Source: a virus (lineage: Duplodnaviria; Caudoviricetes). From it: 59,242 bases of DNA. Within the stretch, counting starts at the first letter, position 1. Each line of letters starts with the position of its first letter. Under the pieces are notes generated by a model that worked only from the letters and a program-made list of their open reading frames with translations, did not search any database and was not told where the DNA came from. Positions 36,738 to 47,015 of this stretch are shown piece by piece. Made by a program: the position numbers and the translations under genes. The stretch spans positions 1 through 59,242 of the IMG/VR virus record IMGVR_UViG_3300036398_002697, one strand, 5' to 3'.

Positions 36738-38751
36738 CGAACTGGATGACCTACTGGCAAGTATAAGAGCGGAGGGTAAAAAAGAATCCGCTCTTGCTTT
36801 GTATGAGGGAACCAGAGAGGAAGATCTTGTTAATGAAGATGTAGATGAAAGAATATTAAGAATACTTGGACTCGATGAAGTTTTTGATATTGATTATGGA
36901 ACCTACCTAACTCTTCTTCGTGAGAAGTTAGCAGAAGCAAGAATGGTTGATAGAAAAATATCAACTGAAGAGAGTATGCTTCTGACTGATGAATTCAAAA
37001 GAGTCAGGGGGAATGTAGGTAGATTTAGAATTAGAAGAAAGAAAATAACCTCTGAGAACTTAGGAGTAACTGGACCTATCCGAGTATCCACTGAGAAGTT
37101 TTATCTAACTTCAAAGGCAGTTATTCCACAACCAGCAACGCCTGTCACAGAATCTTCTGAGGATATCAAAGATATTAGTGAAGCGATAGACAAAATACTG
37201 AAGAGCTTAACTGATCAAAATAAACTCACAAAGAAAAAAGCAGACGAAGAAAGAAAATCCGACGAACAAAGAAGAAGAACTAAAAGAGAAGCAGAGTTAG
37301 AAAAACCAATTCAAAAAGCAGCAGCACTTGTTAAAAAGATAGTTGCTCCATTCCAAAGTATTCTGGATAGAATCATGAGATTCATTCAGTTTACTTTGCT
37401 TGGTTATTTTGTTGATAAGATTTTAAAATGGTTCGCTGATCCAGAGAATGAAAGGAAAATTAAAGTCCTTGGAAGATTTTTAAAGGATTGGTGGCCTGCA
37501 TTACTTACTGCATATGGATTGTTTGCAACTCCTTTTGGTTTGTTTGTTCGTAGCACTTTGAAAATGCTGCGAGGATTTATTCCTACAATGGCAAGATTTA
37601 TTGCTGCTAATCCTTGGATGGCACCAGCTACCTTGGCAACAATTGGAGCAGCGACAAAGATAAAAGAATCCGAAAGGATGAAACCACTGACAGAAAAATC
37701 TCAAGAAGATATTAATAAAACACTACAAAGTAAAGAATCTCCTTGGTATCAAAAACTTGGAGCATCTTTTGCTGGACAAAGTTTGAATGCTCCTGGAGGG
37801 CCTAAAAATCCAATTGGATTGCCAATGTCAGGGAGTATGTATAATGGTGGTGGTAAAATTAGAAAGGATAATTTTGTAGACGTTAATGATATAGCATTTG
37901 ATGGTGGTGGTGGAATTGATAATGATAGTGGTTTGAGAATTACTGGTGCTGGCCCTGATACTCAATTGATTGCAGCGCAACCTGGTGAAATAATGATATC
38001 TAAAAAAGCAGTTGATAAGTATGGAGCAAACTTCTTCCTTGGATTGAATAAGAGGGCAGGTGGAACTAACATTCCAAGAATGGTGAATAATATTCAACTT
38101 GCTCAAGGTGGTGGAATGGTTGGTGGATTTGGTAGAGTCATGGCACCACAAACTGGAGGTCAAACTCAATGGGCTAAAAAAGGTGCAAGAAGTGTTTTCC
38201 AGATGTTCGGAATGAATGTTCCTGGAACAGAAAGACCTGCAACTTATAGTTCTTCTGATGTCAATAGATATAACCGATTGAATCCAAAGAGATCTATACA
38301 AATGGGACAATCTTATACACCATTGTCTGGTGGCGGTTTCGGTGTTGCACCTACTATCCGAACTATATTAAAAAATGCTGCTACTCAATCTGGTAGTTTT
38401 GTTCGTGATTCTTTTAGAAACTTTGGATCAAATGTTCAAACTATAAAAGGTGCTGCTCAAAGACAAGAAAAAATGATGCGTGAAATGGGTGTCCAACCTT
38501 CTGGATATGTAAATCTTCGCGGACAACCAATCAATCTTGGACCACAATCAAGATCAATGGCACCAGGAACACCTGTGATCAGTAGCAAAACACAGATGAT
38601 TGTTCTTCCACCAACAACTTCCGTTGCACAAAAACCAGCAACACCAACGATATCTGGTACTCAAATACCAGAGTTTAGTATTGTTGCAAATACTGGACAT
38701 AGATCTATGATTTCTGATGCTCTTGGCATTGCAGATCTTGTAGGAGCATAA
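36727..38751 (+). CDS. Virion/baseplate-hub protein, tape-measure-like
   Basis: Coiled-coil and hydrophobic helical regions; GAGPDT..AQPGE..V..YG motif; position after gp51. Confidence 0.55.
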   Translation: MGPDELDDLLASIRAEGKKESALALYEGTREEDLVNEDVDERILRILGLDEVFDIDYGTYLTLLREKLAEARMVDRKISTEESMLLTDEFKRVRGNVGRFRIRRKKITSENLGVTGPIRVSTEKFYLTSKAVIPQPATPVTESSEDIKDISEAIDKILKSLTDQNKLTKKKADEERKSDEQRRRTKREAELEKPIQKAAALVKKIVAPFQSILDRIMRFIQFTLLGYFVDKILKWFADPENERKIKVLGRFLKDWWPALLTAYGLFATPFGLFVRSTLKMLRGFIPTMARFIAANPWMAPATLATIGAATKIKESERMKPLTEKSQEDINKTLQSKESPWYQKLGASFAGQSLNAPGGPKNPIGLPMSGSMYNGGGKIRKDNFVDVNDIAFDGGGGIDNDSGLRITGAGPDTQLIAAQPGEIMISKKAVDKYGANFFLGLNKRAGGTNIPRMVNNIQLAQGGGMVGGFGRVMAPQTGGQTQWAKKGARSVFQMFGMNVPGTERPATYSSSDVNRYNRLNPKRSIQMGQSYTPLSGGGFGVAPTIRTILKNAATQSGSFVRDSFRNFGSNVQTIKGAAQRQEKMMREMGVQPSGYVNLRGQPINLGPQSRSMAPGTPVISSKTQMIVLPPTTSVAQKPATPTISGTQIPEFSIVANTGHRSMISDALGIADLVGA

Positions 38752-38752
38752 T

Positions 38753-41617
38753 ATGGCAACTATAGATTCCAGAAAACTTTTACCAGCAGGAAGACCAGGT
38801 GGTGCAATAACTGAATCGCAGAAACCTCTTTTGGTTCCTGTAAATAATGTCTTTTATAAAAAAGATGTTAAGATATCACAGAAACTTTTAAAACCAGTAG
38901 ATCAAGAAAGAGAATCCGTTGGTAGTTTAGTTGTAATAAAGAAAAAGATTACAAAGATAAGTGATGTTATAGAAAGCACTTATCTGATTGAACAGAGTGA
39001 AAATAATCGTAAAAGAAAAGAAAGAGAAAGACAAAAATCTGAAGAAAGAGAAAAGCAATTAGAAACAAGAAAACCAATTAAGGTTAATGAAAGGAACTTA
39101 GCAAAGGTATCAATACCCGGAAGAAGTATTCTTGATACAATTAATAGATTTATTGGTTTTACTTTACTTGGTTATTTGTTTGACAAGTATAATCAGTTCC
39201 TACCTAAACTTGCAGAATTTTCTAAACTGATAACTCCTGTTGCACAATTTATTGAAGCATTTGGAAAGAATGTAATCAATAGAGTAATTGATTTTATTGA
39301 TGTTGGATATCAAGCATATGATAAAGTTCGTGCAGAAATTAAAAACATTGGTGGTGAAGGGGCACAAAAAACATTTGATGAGTTTTCCACTAACTTAAAC
39401 AAAATTCTAAATGGCGCAATTGGTGCTGCAATGCTGATTGCAAGCACTGCTCCACGATCTCCAAAGGGAGTTTCTGGTGCTATTGGTGCCGGTATGGGTG
39501 TGGGTAGAGGATATGGATACACTCCAGAACCTTTAACTCCTGGAGTAAAACCAGGAACTACTGAAGGAAGAGCAATTACAAAAGCTCAAAGAGATGCGGC
39601 AAGAAACGCTGCTAAAGCAACTAGAAGAAATGCTGGTGCGGCAATAAGAAGAGGAATTGCGGGAGAGACAACAGAACAAGCAGCAAAACAACTAGCATCA
39701 CAAGGTGCAAAGCAATCTTTAAAATCATTAGTCGGGGTTCCTGTTATTGGTTCTTTAATTGGTTTTATTATCGATACCGTTGTTTTCAGAGAGAAACCAA
39801 CAAGAGCTGCTGCAGGAGCAGTTGGAAGTGCTCTTGGTCAAGGTATTGGAATTTTTCTTGCGGGTTCAACTACATTTGGACTTGGGGCTGGAATTGGTAT
39901 GTTTGTTGGTGGTTTTGTTGGTGATATGTTGGGCAAAACAATATATGATAGTTTGACTGGATTTAAACCAGAACCAATACCTGCTAAAGCACAGGGAGGT
40001 CAAGTTTCTGGAGGTCAGTCGAGAGTTGCTACTTCTAGAAGAATTAAAACTACTCCAAGAAGAACAAGAAGAAGTTATATTCCACAAAAAACACAACCAG
40101 GAAAAGATATTGGTGGAAAGCAAAAGATTGAACAATTATATGGTAAGGATGAACCCGGAAAGAGAAGCGCACTAAGAGCACTTAGAAAGAGTTCAGAAGA
40201 CCTTAAGAAGATGAGGTCACTGAATGGTGTTGCTGGTGCTATGTTTGGTGCTGGTATTGATATGTCACTGGGACAGAAACCAGACAGAAAACTTGCAGCA
40301 TCTCTTGGAAATACCTTCGGTTCTGTGATTCAAGCTGCTGTTGATGCTGAACTTGATTCTTCATTCAATGATATTTCAAGAACTATTGCAATGGCAAATG
40401 GTGGAGTAGTTCCATCAAGAGAAATTAAAGGTGGTATGAGTATTGGTGAGAAGATTGGTAGATATATTTCTAATGCATTTTCAATTGCGTTGGAAAGTTC
40501 TGCTGCTAAAGTACTGCAGAACTTAAATCAAGAGTTTAATTTAAAAGGTGGTGCTCCTGGCACAATTCCAAGTGGTGGTTTTGATGATGGATCTCCTCCA
40601 GGAGATTTTTCAGGTGATGTTAAAGCGATGAAAGCTTTTAATTACTTTAAGAGTCAGGGATATACGGATTTCCAATCTGCAGCTATTGTTGGTAATTTGC
40701 TACAAGAAAATAGAGCAATGAATCCTAGATTGATGAATAGTATTGGTATGAAAGGTATCGCACAATGGGATGCTAATAGATGGTCTAATTTGGAAAAATT
40801 TGCTGCCAATAAAAAAATAGATCCATATTCTTTTGAAACACAACTTCAATTTATTCAACACGAACTGAGAACAGGTGATGGTGGACTAAGTGCATCTGTA
40901 TTTAAAGGTACAAAGAATCTGGAAGAAGCCACTGTTATGTTTAGAAAAAAATATGAAAGACCTGGGGAAGCAGAAGCAAATGATGCTGCTAGAATAAAAT
41001 ATGCAAAAGGTGTATTGCAATCTACCAAATTTGAGTATGTTGCTCCTGGAAAAGTTTCTCCAGTTGTCACTGGTAGATTTGGTGAAACAAGAAGCACTGG
41101 AAGTCATGGTGGAAGTGATCTTGCGGTGCCTGCAGGGACTCCATTAAGAGCAATTTCCGATGGTAAAATAGTAGAATCTGATTATGAATCTGGATGGGGC
41201 AACTATACCGTTTTCGTAGACAAAAGCGGAATTTATCATCTCTATGGTCACATGAGTGCCAGAGGAAGAGGTAAAGGAAATATTAAAAAAGGTGATATTA
41301 TTGGGTATGTTGGTATGACAGGAAGAACTTCTGGTCCACATTTACATTGGGAAACTGGAACTGGATGGAATGGAACGATCACAGGTGCATTTGATCCATT
41401 AAAGAGATATAGTGTAAATGCACCTTTCAACACACAAAAAGAATCTTCCAAAAAAACAGATAAAAATAAACCATCAGAAATTTTTAATTGGAATAATCAG
41501 TCATCATTAGCACCATCTCAACAAACAAGAGAGGTTGCATCATTACAACAAAGTCCATCATATGCATTAGTTGAAAATAACACCATCCTTTATCAGAAGG
41601 AATTTGTTCTTACTTAA
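38753..41617 (+). CDS. Virion-associated peptidoglycan hydrolase: tape-measure-like region + tail-lysozyme domain + M23 peptidase
   Basis: AAIVGNLLQE..GIAQW..QLQFI.HEL (phage tail lysozyme); HGGSD..YGHM..GMTGRTSGPHLHWE (M23). Confidence 0.82.
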   Translation: MATIDSRKLLPAGRPGGAITESQKPLLVPVNNVFYKKDVKISQKLLKPVDQERESVGSLVVIKKKITKISDVIESTYLIEQSENNRKRKERERQKSEEREKQLETRKPIKVNERNLAKVSIPGRSILDTINRFIGFTLLGYLFDKYNQFLPKLAEFSKLITPVAQFIEAFGKNVINRVIDFIDVGYQAYDKVRAEIKNIGGEGAQKTFDEFSTNLNKILNGAIGAAMLIASTAPRSPKGVSGAIGAGMGVGRGYGYTPEPLTPGVKPGTTEGRAITKAQRDAARNAAKATRRNAGAAIRRGIAGETTEQAAKQLASQGAKQSLKSLVGVPVIGSLIGFIIDTVVFREKPTRAAAGAVGSALGQGIGIFLAGSTTFGLGAGIGMFVGGFVGDMLGKTIYDSLTGFKPEPIPAKAQGGQVSGGQSRVATSRRIKTTPRRTRRSYIPQKTQPGKDIGGKQKIEQLYGKDEPGKRSALRALRKSSEDLKKMRSLNGVAGAMFGAGIDMSLGQKPDRKLAASLGNTFGSVIQAAVDAELDSSFNDISRTIAMANGGVVPSREIKGGMSIGEKIGRYISNAFSIALESSAAKVLQNLNQEFNLKGGAPGTIPSGGFDDGSPPGDFSGDVKAMKAFNYFKSQGYTDFQSAAIVGNLLQENRAMNPRLMNSIGMKGIAQWDANRWSNLEKFAANKKIDPYSFETQLQFIQHELRTGDGGLSASVFKGTKNLEEATVMFRKKYERPGEAEANDAARIKYAKGVLQSTKFEYVAPGKVSPVVTGRFGETRSTGSHGGSDLAVPAGTPLRAISDGKIVESDYESGWGNYTVFVDKSGIYHLYGHMSARGRGKGNIKKGDIIGYVGMTGRTSGPHLHWETGTGWNGTITGAFDPLKRYSVNAPFNTQKESSKKTDKNKPSEIFNWNNQSSLAPSQQTREVASLQQSPSYALVENNTILYQKEFVLT

Positions 41618-41633
41618 ATAGTAATAAAAAGAT

Positions 41634-42983
41634 ATGGGAAGCAAGGAGTCATTACAATTTAATAAGTTTGAAGTTTTTTCAAACAAAAATAAAAAATCAG
41701 TAGACATGAGATCTATTCCAAGAATAGAGTATCGTGAAAGTGTTTTGTCTCCTTTTGTAATGATAACAGCACAGATTGTTGAAACAGGAAGCACAATGTC
41801 TGCAGATGATGGATCTGGTGCTACAATATCTGCACTTGAAGGACTTAATCTTCAGGGAACTGAGAAAGTTTTATTTGAAATTGAAGATGCAAATGGAAAT
41901 AAAATAAAACTTACTGATAATAATGATTTGAGAATTGCTACTGTATCAAGAGTTGCTCAATCATTTAAAAATATCTCATATCAATTGAATATTGTTTCTA
42001 AAGAAGCATATGACAATACTCTTCTTGATACAAGAGTCAGAACTAAATTTGATGGAAAAATATCTGATAGTGTTCGTAGAATACTGACTCAGTTTTTGAA
42101 AACTCAAAAAGATATTGAAGTTGACGAGACAATCAATACTTATGAAAAGTGGGGTATAGATGACTATCCATTTGATAAAATATTAGAACTACAGCAGATT
42201 GGTATTCCAAATATTAAAGATGCTCTCGGAAAAACTTGTGGATATCTTTTCTGGGAAACTTCTGAAGGATATAAGTTTAAGTCAATAGATAATCTTTTCA
42301 AAGTAACTGGATCATTCCCCAATTATAAGGACAGTAGAGGAAGAATAATTAAAAACTATATTGAGAATAAAAAAGTTGATCGAACATCTATTCCTCAAGG
42401 ATTTGATGACAAAATACTTCACTCTAAAATTGATAGAACAATAGATGCACTTGGTCAATTTGAATCTGGTGCATATGGAACTGTTCTTGAATTTTTTGAT
42501 GAGGTCAATAAAACATACACTAAAAAAGATCCATTTATTCCACCACCAGATGGTAATGGTGAAATTGCAGGAAAAGAACTACCACAATTTAATGAAGAAT
42601 ATAGTGGAAAAGCAACTGTTAGAGTAGTCGCCCAAAGAGATGTTGGTCAAACTTTTAGTTCTGGTGATTCTATAGAAAAACAAGTAGAACAGAATACAAA
42701 AGAGGGTGTTGTGATTGAGGATGTTTTACAACAATCTCAGCAAAATTATAGACAAAAGTTTAATATGTCAGCAGAGATTATAATAGCTGCTGACTTTAGT
42801 TTACATGCAGGTGATTTAATTTATTGTGAGTTTCCTGAACTATCTACAAAAAGTACTCTCACAAAAACTCCTAAAGATAGTGGCATATATATGATATCGG
42901 ATCTATGCCATTATGGTGATAAGTCACAAACTTACACGGGACTGCGACTGGTAAGAGATTCTTTCGGAGTAAAGGTAACCTAA
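41634..42983 (+). CDS. Baseplate hub / tail protein, possibly gp27-like
   Basis: YRES..SP, YLFWET..GYKFKSID and L.AGD..SGIYMI..LCH..LVRDS motifs; synteny. Confidence 0.6.
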   Translation: MGSKESLQFNKFEVFSNKNKKSVDMRSIPRIEYRESVLSPFVMITAQIVETGSTMSADDGSGATISALEGLNLQGTEKVLFEIEDANGNKIKLTDNNDLRIATVSRVAQSFKNISYQLNIVSKEAYDNTLLDTRVRTKFDGKISDSVRRILTQFLKTQKDIEVDETINTYEKWGIDDYPFDKILELQQIGIPNIKDALGKTCGYLFWETSEGYKFKSIDNLFKVTGSFPNYKDSRGRIIKNYIENKKVDRTSIPQGFDDKILHSKIDRTIDALGQFESGAYGTVLEFFDEVNKTYTKKDPFIPPPDGNGEIAGKELPQFNEEYSGKATVRVVAQRDVGQTFSSGDSIEKQVEQNTKEGVVIEDVLQQSQQNYRQKFNMSAEIIIAADFSLHAGDLIYCEFPELSTKSTLTKTPKDSGIYMISDLCHYGDKSQTYTGLRLVRDSFGVKVT

Positions 42984-42984
42984 C

Positions 42985-43200
42985 ATGGAAAGAAGTATTC
43001 AACAACACATTAATGATGATAGAGATGAACTAGATAATCCACAACTTTCTTCTCAGCGCCGCCGTCACTTAGAAGGTGAACTTAATTCTTTAGAGAAATA
43101 TCAAGCAAACCATCCTGATGAAGATCATGATCCAACTCCCTTAGAATTATTTTGTGATGAAAATCCAGATGCATCTGAATGCAGAATTTATGAGGATTAA
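42985..43200 (+). CDS. cp12: CP12 Calvin-cycle regulator
   Basis: SSQRRRH.E.EL..L..Y and DPTPLELFCDENPDASECRIYED. Confidence 0.9.
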   Translation: MERSIQQHINDDRDELDNPQLSSQRRRHLEGELNSLEKYQANHPDEDHDPTPLELFCDENPDASECRIYED

Positions 43201-45443
43201 TGTCAGAATCAGCACAAAATAGATATTTTAGAAAGCAACTAGAGAAACGACTTGGCAAATCCATTATTGGAATAGGTCAAGTTGTTTCGGAGGAGTTTGA
43301 AGTTGCACAAAGAACAAAAGAAAAATTTAAATCTTATAAGCAAACTGGTATTCTCCTTAAAAAATATAAGGTCAGAATTTGTTCTGCAACAAATGACACT
43401 GATAGAGTTGATGATTTAATAGATGCTTTTGGTCAAGCATCTACCTCTGGATTGAGAGGTGAAATGTCTTTGACTCCATCTTATCCAGTAAATACCTATG
43501 TAACAATATTTCAAGATCCTTTAACCGAACTTTATTATATTGAACATGTACACATAAACACAAAGATAGATCTTGCAAAGATAAAGGAATTTGCTGGTTG
43601 TGGTGCCGCAAGTGGATTTATTCCTGGATCTGTAGAGTTCAAAGTTTCAGATGCTTGCACTGATTATGATGGAACTAAAGTTGCTCCAGGATCTGAGATT
43701 CCTGCAAACCCAGTTCCATGTAAAGCAGATAAAAAACAAAATACTCATAATGAAAGTATAGAAATACCAAGTCCTTGTATTCCAGTTGATACTGCTGCAA
43801 TCAATAAAGAACTTGAAGGACTTATTAAGTTTGTAGAGGAACTTAGAACAGGAGTTTTAGGTGAAGATAGTTTTCTTCAAACAAGTCAAGAATTTTTAGG
43901 TGAAGTTCAATCAAAAGTAAATGATGCATCGCAAGCAATTGCAAATGCTATTACTTGGTTGATTAATGAAATAAGAAAAGAAGTTATTAGAAGAGTTAAT
44001 TCGATTGTTAACAATACAATCGGAAATCTCTATTTAAATGCAAGATATGCTGCGCTCGAAGCAAATGACGAAGCACTGAGTTTAATATCTTGTCTATTTT
44101 TAAAAATTTTAAATAATCTTGCAAACGTCATTGCTGATTTTTTAAACTCTTTTATCGACACTTTTTTAAATACTGGTCTTTGTGTAATAGAATCACTTCT
44201 GTCAACTCTTCTTGGAAATATTATATCTCAAATCATAGGTGCAGTTAATCAAATTTTAGGAGCACTTTCTAATTTGTTAGGAATTGCTGTGAATCTTACT
44301 AATGACATTTTAGGATTCCTTGAATCTCTCATTGATCTTCTTTCTTGTGATATTGAGCAACTCTGTCCTGTTACCAATGAATGGAATTTCCTTGAAGGTG
44401 GAGTAGATTCATCTCAATTCTCTTTATCTACCTTTGATTTTAGGGGCATCTTTGAAAACGCAAAGTCAATTGCAGAAACAGCAATTGCACTTGGTGAGAT
44501 CCCAGGAAATCTTTTGGAGGACGTTTTTGCTGTTGATCTTCAGTCAGCTATTGATTTGGCACTAGATTGTGTTGGACTTTTCCAATGCGGTGTTCCTACA
44601 GTATCTTTCTGGGGTGCTGATGGTTCTGGTACAACTGGTAATGCTGTTGTTAGTGCCGCAGGAGAAATTCTTGGTATCAACATTGTGACACCAGGAACAG
44701 GGTATTCTATTCCACCAGTTGTTTCGATTGATGATGCTTGCGGAACAGGAACTGGTGCATATGGAACTGCAGTAATTGGTGATTATGAATATACAGATCC
44801 AGAAACAGGAGAAATCAGCACACAAACTGGAGTTCTTAATGTTATCATGAATAGTTCTGGTTATGGATATCTACCATCTCCTGACGGAAGTGTTGGTGGT
44901 ATGGGTAGAACCATTGCAAATCGTTGTCAGAGTTTGATTCGAAGAGGTGATACAAAGAAATGGGAAGGTCCATTTGATTCTGGTGAAGTGATTGATATTC
45001 GAGTTGGAGACATTGTTCGACTTGCTGGAGTTCCAGAATATATCTCAGAAGAAAATACTTCTATCACTGCTCCACCTTGTCCAGATCTTGTTTCTTCATC
45101 CTCTCCATCTTCATCATATCCTGTTGCAATTTCTATTGGAGATGTTTACATTGAAGATCCTGGATTTGGATTTAGTAATGGAGACACTATTACTATCACG
45201 CCAGATAATGGTGCAGAACTTGTTCCTGTAATAGGTGGTAATGGTAGAATTATTGATGTTAATATTGTTAAACCTGGTATTGGATTTACAGGAACACCCG
45301 TACTCAAACTAAATACCAGTACTGGATACAACGCTACTTTAATTCCAATTCTGTCATTTAAGAGAATTGGTGAAGATGATGCATTTAGTGTTCCTACTGG
45401 AACTCAGTTGGTTCAAGTTATTGATTGTGTAGGTAAGAACTGA
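43200..45443 (+). CDS. Baseplate hub/spike-related structural protein (gp5-like region)
   Basis: KVRI N-terminal region, helical middle, and repeated I..PG.GY...P.V units ending in VIDCV. Confidence 0.55.
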   Translation: MSESAQNRYFRKQLEKRLGKSIIGIGQVVSEEFEVAQRTKEKFKSYKQTGILLKKYKVRICSATNDTDRVDDLIDAFGQASTSGLRGEMSLTPSYPVNTYVTIFQDPLTELYYIEHVHINTKIDLAKIKEFAGCGAASGFIPGSVEFKVSDACTDYDGTKVAPGSEIPANPVPCKADKKQNTHNESIEIPSPCIPVDTAAINKELEGLIKFVEELRTGVLGEDSFLQTSQEFLGEVQSKVNDASQAIANAITWLINEIRKEVIRRVNSIVNNTIGNLYLNARYAALEANDEALSLISCLFLKILNNLANVIADFLNSFIDTFLNTGLCVIESLLSTLLGNIISQIIGAVNQILGALSNLLGIAVNLTNDILGFLESLIDLLSCDIEQLCPVTNEWNFLEGGVDSSQFSLSTFDFRGIFENAKSIAETAIALGEIPGNLLEDVFAVDLQSAIDLALDCVGLFQCGVPTVSFWGADGSGTTGNAVVSAAGEILGINIVTPGTGYSIPPVVSIDDACGTGTGAYGTAVIGDYEYTDPETGEISTQTGVLNVIMNSSGYGYLPSPDGSVGGMGRTIANRCQSLIRRGDTKKWEGPFDSGEVIDIRVGDIVRLAGVPEYISEENTSITAPPCPDLVSSSSPSSSYPVAISIGDVYIEDPGFGFSNGDTITITPDNGAELVPVIGGNGRIIDVNIVKPGIGFTGTPVLKLNTSTGYNATLIPILSFKRIGEDDAFSVPTGTQLVQVIDCVGKN

Positions 45444-46060
45444 TGGCAGAAGAAAAGGTTTATTCTTTTAATAATATAGGAACTACCGAAGGTGAAGTTC
45501 GTTTTGGTGATGTGATGAAGAATAATGCCAAAATGGCAGTTATTGTTCGCAATATATTTCCAAGTTCTTTCAGAAGATCGCATTATATGGGTCTTCAAAT
45601 GACAGGTAAACTTGCAGGATCTACTATTAATAGTGCTCCTGCTTGCTATCAAATCTTGTGCGGAGAACAACCAGTTGATGGCGTCTCATTTGTTGCATAT
45701 GCAGAGAATGGTGACATGATTATTGGAGCACCAAAAGGAAGAATTCGAATGTTTGCTCAGGACATTGATATTATTGCTTCTGGTAATGGAACTGATACTG
45801 GTTGGGTTAATGTATTATCAAATGCAAAAGTAAATGTTGAATCTGGAACAATTCAGATGCAATCTTCCGATGCTTTAAGTTTGGGTACGGAAAGAAATCT
45901 AAACTTAAATGTTCCAGGTAGATATAAAATTACTTGTGGATCAATGAAAGTCGTTGAGGGTGCTGATGTTTCACCAGTTACTAGTCCTCTTGGAAGTGGA
46001 GTAAATACTGTTAAACAGCAGTTAGAAGGTCTTAAAAAGTTGATTGAGAGTATAGCGTAA
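45443..46060 (+). CDS. Baseplate spike-like beta-helical protein
   Basis: AENGD.II.AP.GRIRM.A..I repeats; coupled to the upstream gene. Confidence 0.5.
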   Translation: MAEEKVYSFNNIGTTEGEVRFGDVMKNNAKMAVIVRNIFPSSFRRSHYMGLQMTGKLAGSTINSAPACYQILCGEQPVDGVSFVAYAENGDMIIGAPKGRIRMFAQDIDIIASGNGTDTGWVNVLSNAKVNVESGTIQMQSSDALSLGTERNLNLNVPGRYKITCGSMKVVEGADVSPVTSPLGSGVNTVKQQLEGLKKLIESIA

Positions 46061-46061
46061 T

Positions 46062-47012
46062 ATGGAAGTCGGAGATCTACACGTTGGTAAACAATTACAA
46101 GTTGTTTCTAATCTTCCTGGAGGGGTTCCTGGTCCACCTAACGTTGCTCATGGTGTAGGACCTACTGCAGTTCCTGGTGCTGTTTGGGCAGATGGAGGAC
46201 TTCATGTGGGTTCTCCAATTTTTGCTCTAGCAGAAACCTGTGTTGGTTTTACAAGACCACCAGTTACTAATACTAAAGCAGCAATAGTAAAATCAATTCT
46301 ATCAATTACTAGTAGAGGATTTACTCCAACACCTATCGATGTTGTTGTTGGTGATCCTAGTGGTCCTGTTGGAGTAAGTGTCAATTCTATTCTTATCAAT
46401 ATTATATCTCCAATTACAAATGGAATTGGTCTTTTAAATTGGACTGGAGCAAAAACTTTTGTTGGTGTTAAACAACAAACAGGTTTGGAATTAAGAGCTG
46501 GTGCTGTTGCTGACGTTGGTAAAGAATCAACAATAGGAAATGTAGTTGAAAGTGGTTCAAGAGTTATTAATGGATCTCTTTTAGTTAATGGTGCAACGCA
46601 CATTAATGGATTCTTATCTTTTAATAGTTCCATTGTAGGAACTACAAAGAAATTTGATATACCACATCCAACTAAAGAAAATCACCGACTTGCTCATGCA
46701 TGTATTGAAGGACCTGAAAATGGAGTTTACTATAGAGGTAGATTAGTTGATGCAAATGTGATACAATTACCTGAATATTGGAAAGGTTTAGTTGATCCAG
46801 AAACAATTACTGTAAATCTCACTCCACATGGAGTTTATCAGGAGTTGTTTGTGAAAAGCATTGAATGGGGAACTAAAATTAATGTCTTAAATAACTCTGG
46901 TGGTCCAATTAATTGTAGTTATACTGTTTATGCCAAGAGAAAAGATGTTGCTGATTTGGTTGTTGAGTATGAAGGAAATGAAGCAAAACACTGGGATTTG
47001 AAGGGGAAATAA
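46062..47012 (+). CDS. Tail structural protein with a C-terminal K.FDIPHP/EGPE domain
   Basis: KKFDIPHPTK..RL.HACIEGPE.GVYYRG..LPEYW..RKD. Confidence 0.65.
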   Translation: MEVGDLHVGKQLQVVSNLPGGVPGPPNVAHGVGPTAVPGAVWADGGLHVGSPIFALAETCVGFTRPPVTNTKAAIVKSILSITSRGFTPTPIDVVVGDPSGPVGVSVNSILINIISPITNGIGLLNWTGAKTFVGVKQQTGLELRAGAVADVGKESTIGNVVESGSRVINGSLLVNGATHINGFLSFNSSIVGTTKKFDIPHPTKENHRLAHACIEGPENGVYYRGRLVDANVIQLPEYWKGLVDPETITVNLTPHGVYQELFVKSIEWGTKINVLNNSGGPINCSYTVYAKRKDVADLVVEYEGNEAKHWDLKGK

Positions 47013-47015
47013 AAA

